Shown one piece after another: positions 61,800-64,000 of a DNA stretch of 64,000 nt (the first letter of the stretch is position 1; each line of letters opens with the position of its first letter). The stretch spans positions 35,519,860-35,583,859 of the forward strand of contig JBOZIK010000001.1 of the NCBI GenBank assembly GCA_051453625.1, in the 5' to 3' direction. The translations under genes were made by a program, and so were the position numbers. The notes beneath the pieces were generated by a model. It was not told the origin of the DNA and ran no database searches. It saw only the letters and a program-made list of their open reading frames with translations. Source of the stretch: Welwitschia mirabilis. Taxonomy: Eukaryota.

Positions 61800-64000
61800 T
61801 TTATAAATAAAATGGAGAAAGGCTAATGAAGTAAAAGGATGATGCATAAAAAGTGGAAATGTAGAATTTATATATTATAGTTGTCCCCATTTTGATGTAA
61901 AGCAAAATATGAGCTTGACATAAAAAATATAAGAAAAATAAACATGTGTCTTAATCAAGGTTTACATATGCAAGTCATTTCACTATAATGATGAGGATCC
62001 AAAATGATGAAAAGTGACTCGATTAAATGGTAAAAACATAATATGAATAAAATTTAGACATGCATATGAGAGAATTAAAAAAATGTATCATGGATGGTGA
62101 TGAAAGATGATAAAAGAATAGGTTCAATTGTATGAAACAGAATTGAGTTGAAATAACTATATGGTAAAAAGAAGTTGGGTATAAAAAATGGATAAGTTAA
62201 CTAAGAAGTGAAATTATCCTTAGCTAAGTTTGTGAGTAAATGCAAAGAATGACTTTAAAATAATTAATTTTAAGTATTAATAAAGATTATGTAAAAAAAG
62301 ACAAACAGAGGCATGAAGGAGATTGATTACAATGTTTCTAAATACCAACCTAGCAATTTCTATTAGTATGAGTCATAAAACTATTTGATACTATTAATAA
62401 TGGTTTCATGCTAAACAACATAGAGTTTCATTTAATTAGGACAATGATTATAAAAATGTTTATAGTCATTTTGCAAAGTATTACTATAATATTAGGATTA
62501 TAACTCAATCCAATCAATGACTGTAATGGTAAATGACATCTTACTAACTTATCAGTTAATAATCAATATATTCTCAATGCTTGTGAAATCATAGATTTGG
62601 ATTTATGAAAAATCAAGTAAATGGAATTTTTAGAAGACATCATCTATCATGATGTGAGGTTTGTAACCAGTATCAAAAGCATAAGGATCCATAGGCCAAA
62701 GCTAGATTGTGACCATCTAATACTTCAGTGGAGTTCCCATGGCTACCATATCACACTACCAAAGGTGCCTCTTAGGAATATTTACCTTGGTGTACTTGCA
62801 GTAGGACATCATGATTTTTTTTTTGGGTGGTGTATGGTATTGATATTTTATTTTAACTTGAATTCCCTTTTTTTAATTTTTTTGAACATTAATTAATCAT
62901 TAGAATGATAAATTATAAGATTCACTAGTAAAGACAAGTATTGAATATAATACAAATTAATATTAGGACAACAAAACATGAGATATTGAATGTCATAGAC
63001 ATAGGAATGTCTTAAGATTGGGTGAAATCTAATATTACCACTAGAAATATCCCAAAGTAGAAAAAAGTACATTTATAAAAACTCAAATGTGGTTTAACAT
63101 AAGACCAAACAAAATCAATAATCAAATAAATAAATAACTTTAATTAAGAAATGCTATTAAGGAGTCATTTAGATAAGGTCCAAGGAAAGACTTACCTCTT
63201 GATCAAAGGGTCCTCCTACTCAATTTATTCTATCATGCTTATAGTACTATGATAAGTATTAATGTAATATTAACTATTATTGATTGACACTAAGTTTTCT
63301 TAGCATTGAAATTAATAACTGAATGAAGTCATTAGAAATGCACTTCTCTGTAAAGTAAGTATTTGACCACTTAGTATTTAACTTATTATAAGAATGTATC
63401 CAAACATCATGTAATAAAATGAAATAAATTGATTGAAGATAAATGTTGATGATGAGTTTAAGAAGAACTAAGCATAGAATGGAAATGGAAAAGTACAAAT
63501 GAATTATTGAAGAAAAATTAGTGGGTAAAACACACTATCATTAGATAGTAGAATAGATGTTTTGCATAAAAATGTAGCATTAAAGGATTTATGCAAAAGT
63601 GTAAGCTATAGGAGAGAGTGAATGGATGGTATCATAACAAAGGTAAGTATAGTATGCTATCATCGTCATCATCATCTTCTACAAGGGGAGCCACATGAAA
63701 TGGAATGTCAATTAGAGAAGCTCGATAAGGGATAAAACAATATCTACTAAGAATAAATGGCACTTAATAATTACCAACATATAACTCTACTAGAATCTAA
63801 CGCATATGGTCAATCATGAGCTGTAAAACTCAAACAAACAAAGAAAACATGAAACCTATGTAACATATAAAAACATGCTATTCTAAATAATAAATAATTG
63901 CATAGATGTATGTCACATTTTATTTTGAATGAAATAGTAATAATAAATGCATGAGACGAGTAATGAAAACATAGTAAAAAGGATGTGAATTATGAATTTT
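61800..64000 (-). mobile_element. 3' part of the non-autonomous Athila-like element, block B (also 59830-60843)
   Basis: Collinear with 23760-25960. Motif at 62647-62813. ORF 63277-63498 ends in an integrase-tail-like KWSNTYFTEKCISN..VN. Confidence 0.6.
62647..62813 (-). other. Conserved post-integrase motif, copy 7
   Basis: Counterpart of copy 4 in block B. Confidence 0.65.

Noticed and set aside
62621-62896. Recurrent ORF MEFL.DIIYHDVR...HGYHITLPKVPL (also 60662-60946)
   Set aside because: It is the plus-strand reading of the conserved non-coding motif. Other copies have stops and frameshifts in this frame.
1-64000. CRISPR arrays, rRNA/tRNA genes, prokaryotic operons or intact genes
   Set aside because: No regular repeat-spacer array or RNA-gene signature. 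The tRNA-complementary strings are retroelement PBSs, and all recognisable coding sequence is disrupted.

Overview
AT-rich, strongly CpG/CpHpG-depleted plant (angiosperm-like) repeat DNA from a gapped draft assembly. I can see no intact protein-coding gene. The window is a nest of decayed LTR retrotransposons: several Athila-like Ty3/gypsy elements (minus strand), a Tat/Ogre RT fragment, a SIRE-like Ty1/copia (minus), an old copia remnant, and a Tork/Tnt1-like copia fused to a TRIM-like unit (plus). A large block (~10.1-26.0 kb) recurs, diverged, at ~44.4-64.0 kb, and most 100-N gaps are flanked by two diverged versions of the same sequence. Two things stand out. (1) A chimeric, intron-less cassette of host-gene copies lies on the plus strand between two minus-strand Athila segments: plastid-type fructokinase, p24delta/GOLD, homomeric acetyl-CoA carboxylase and a full-length ROCK1-type nucleotide-sugar transporter. 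(2) A ~165-nt GC-richer non-coding element just downstream of integrase is kept in 7 copies across divergent Athila-like elements and folds by eye into a nested multi-stem RNA on the element sense strand. All protein identities come from my own recognition of motifs, not from database searches, and coordinates of decayed features are approximate.
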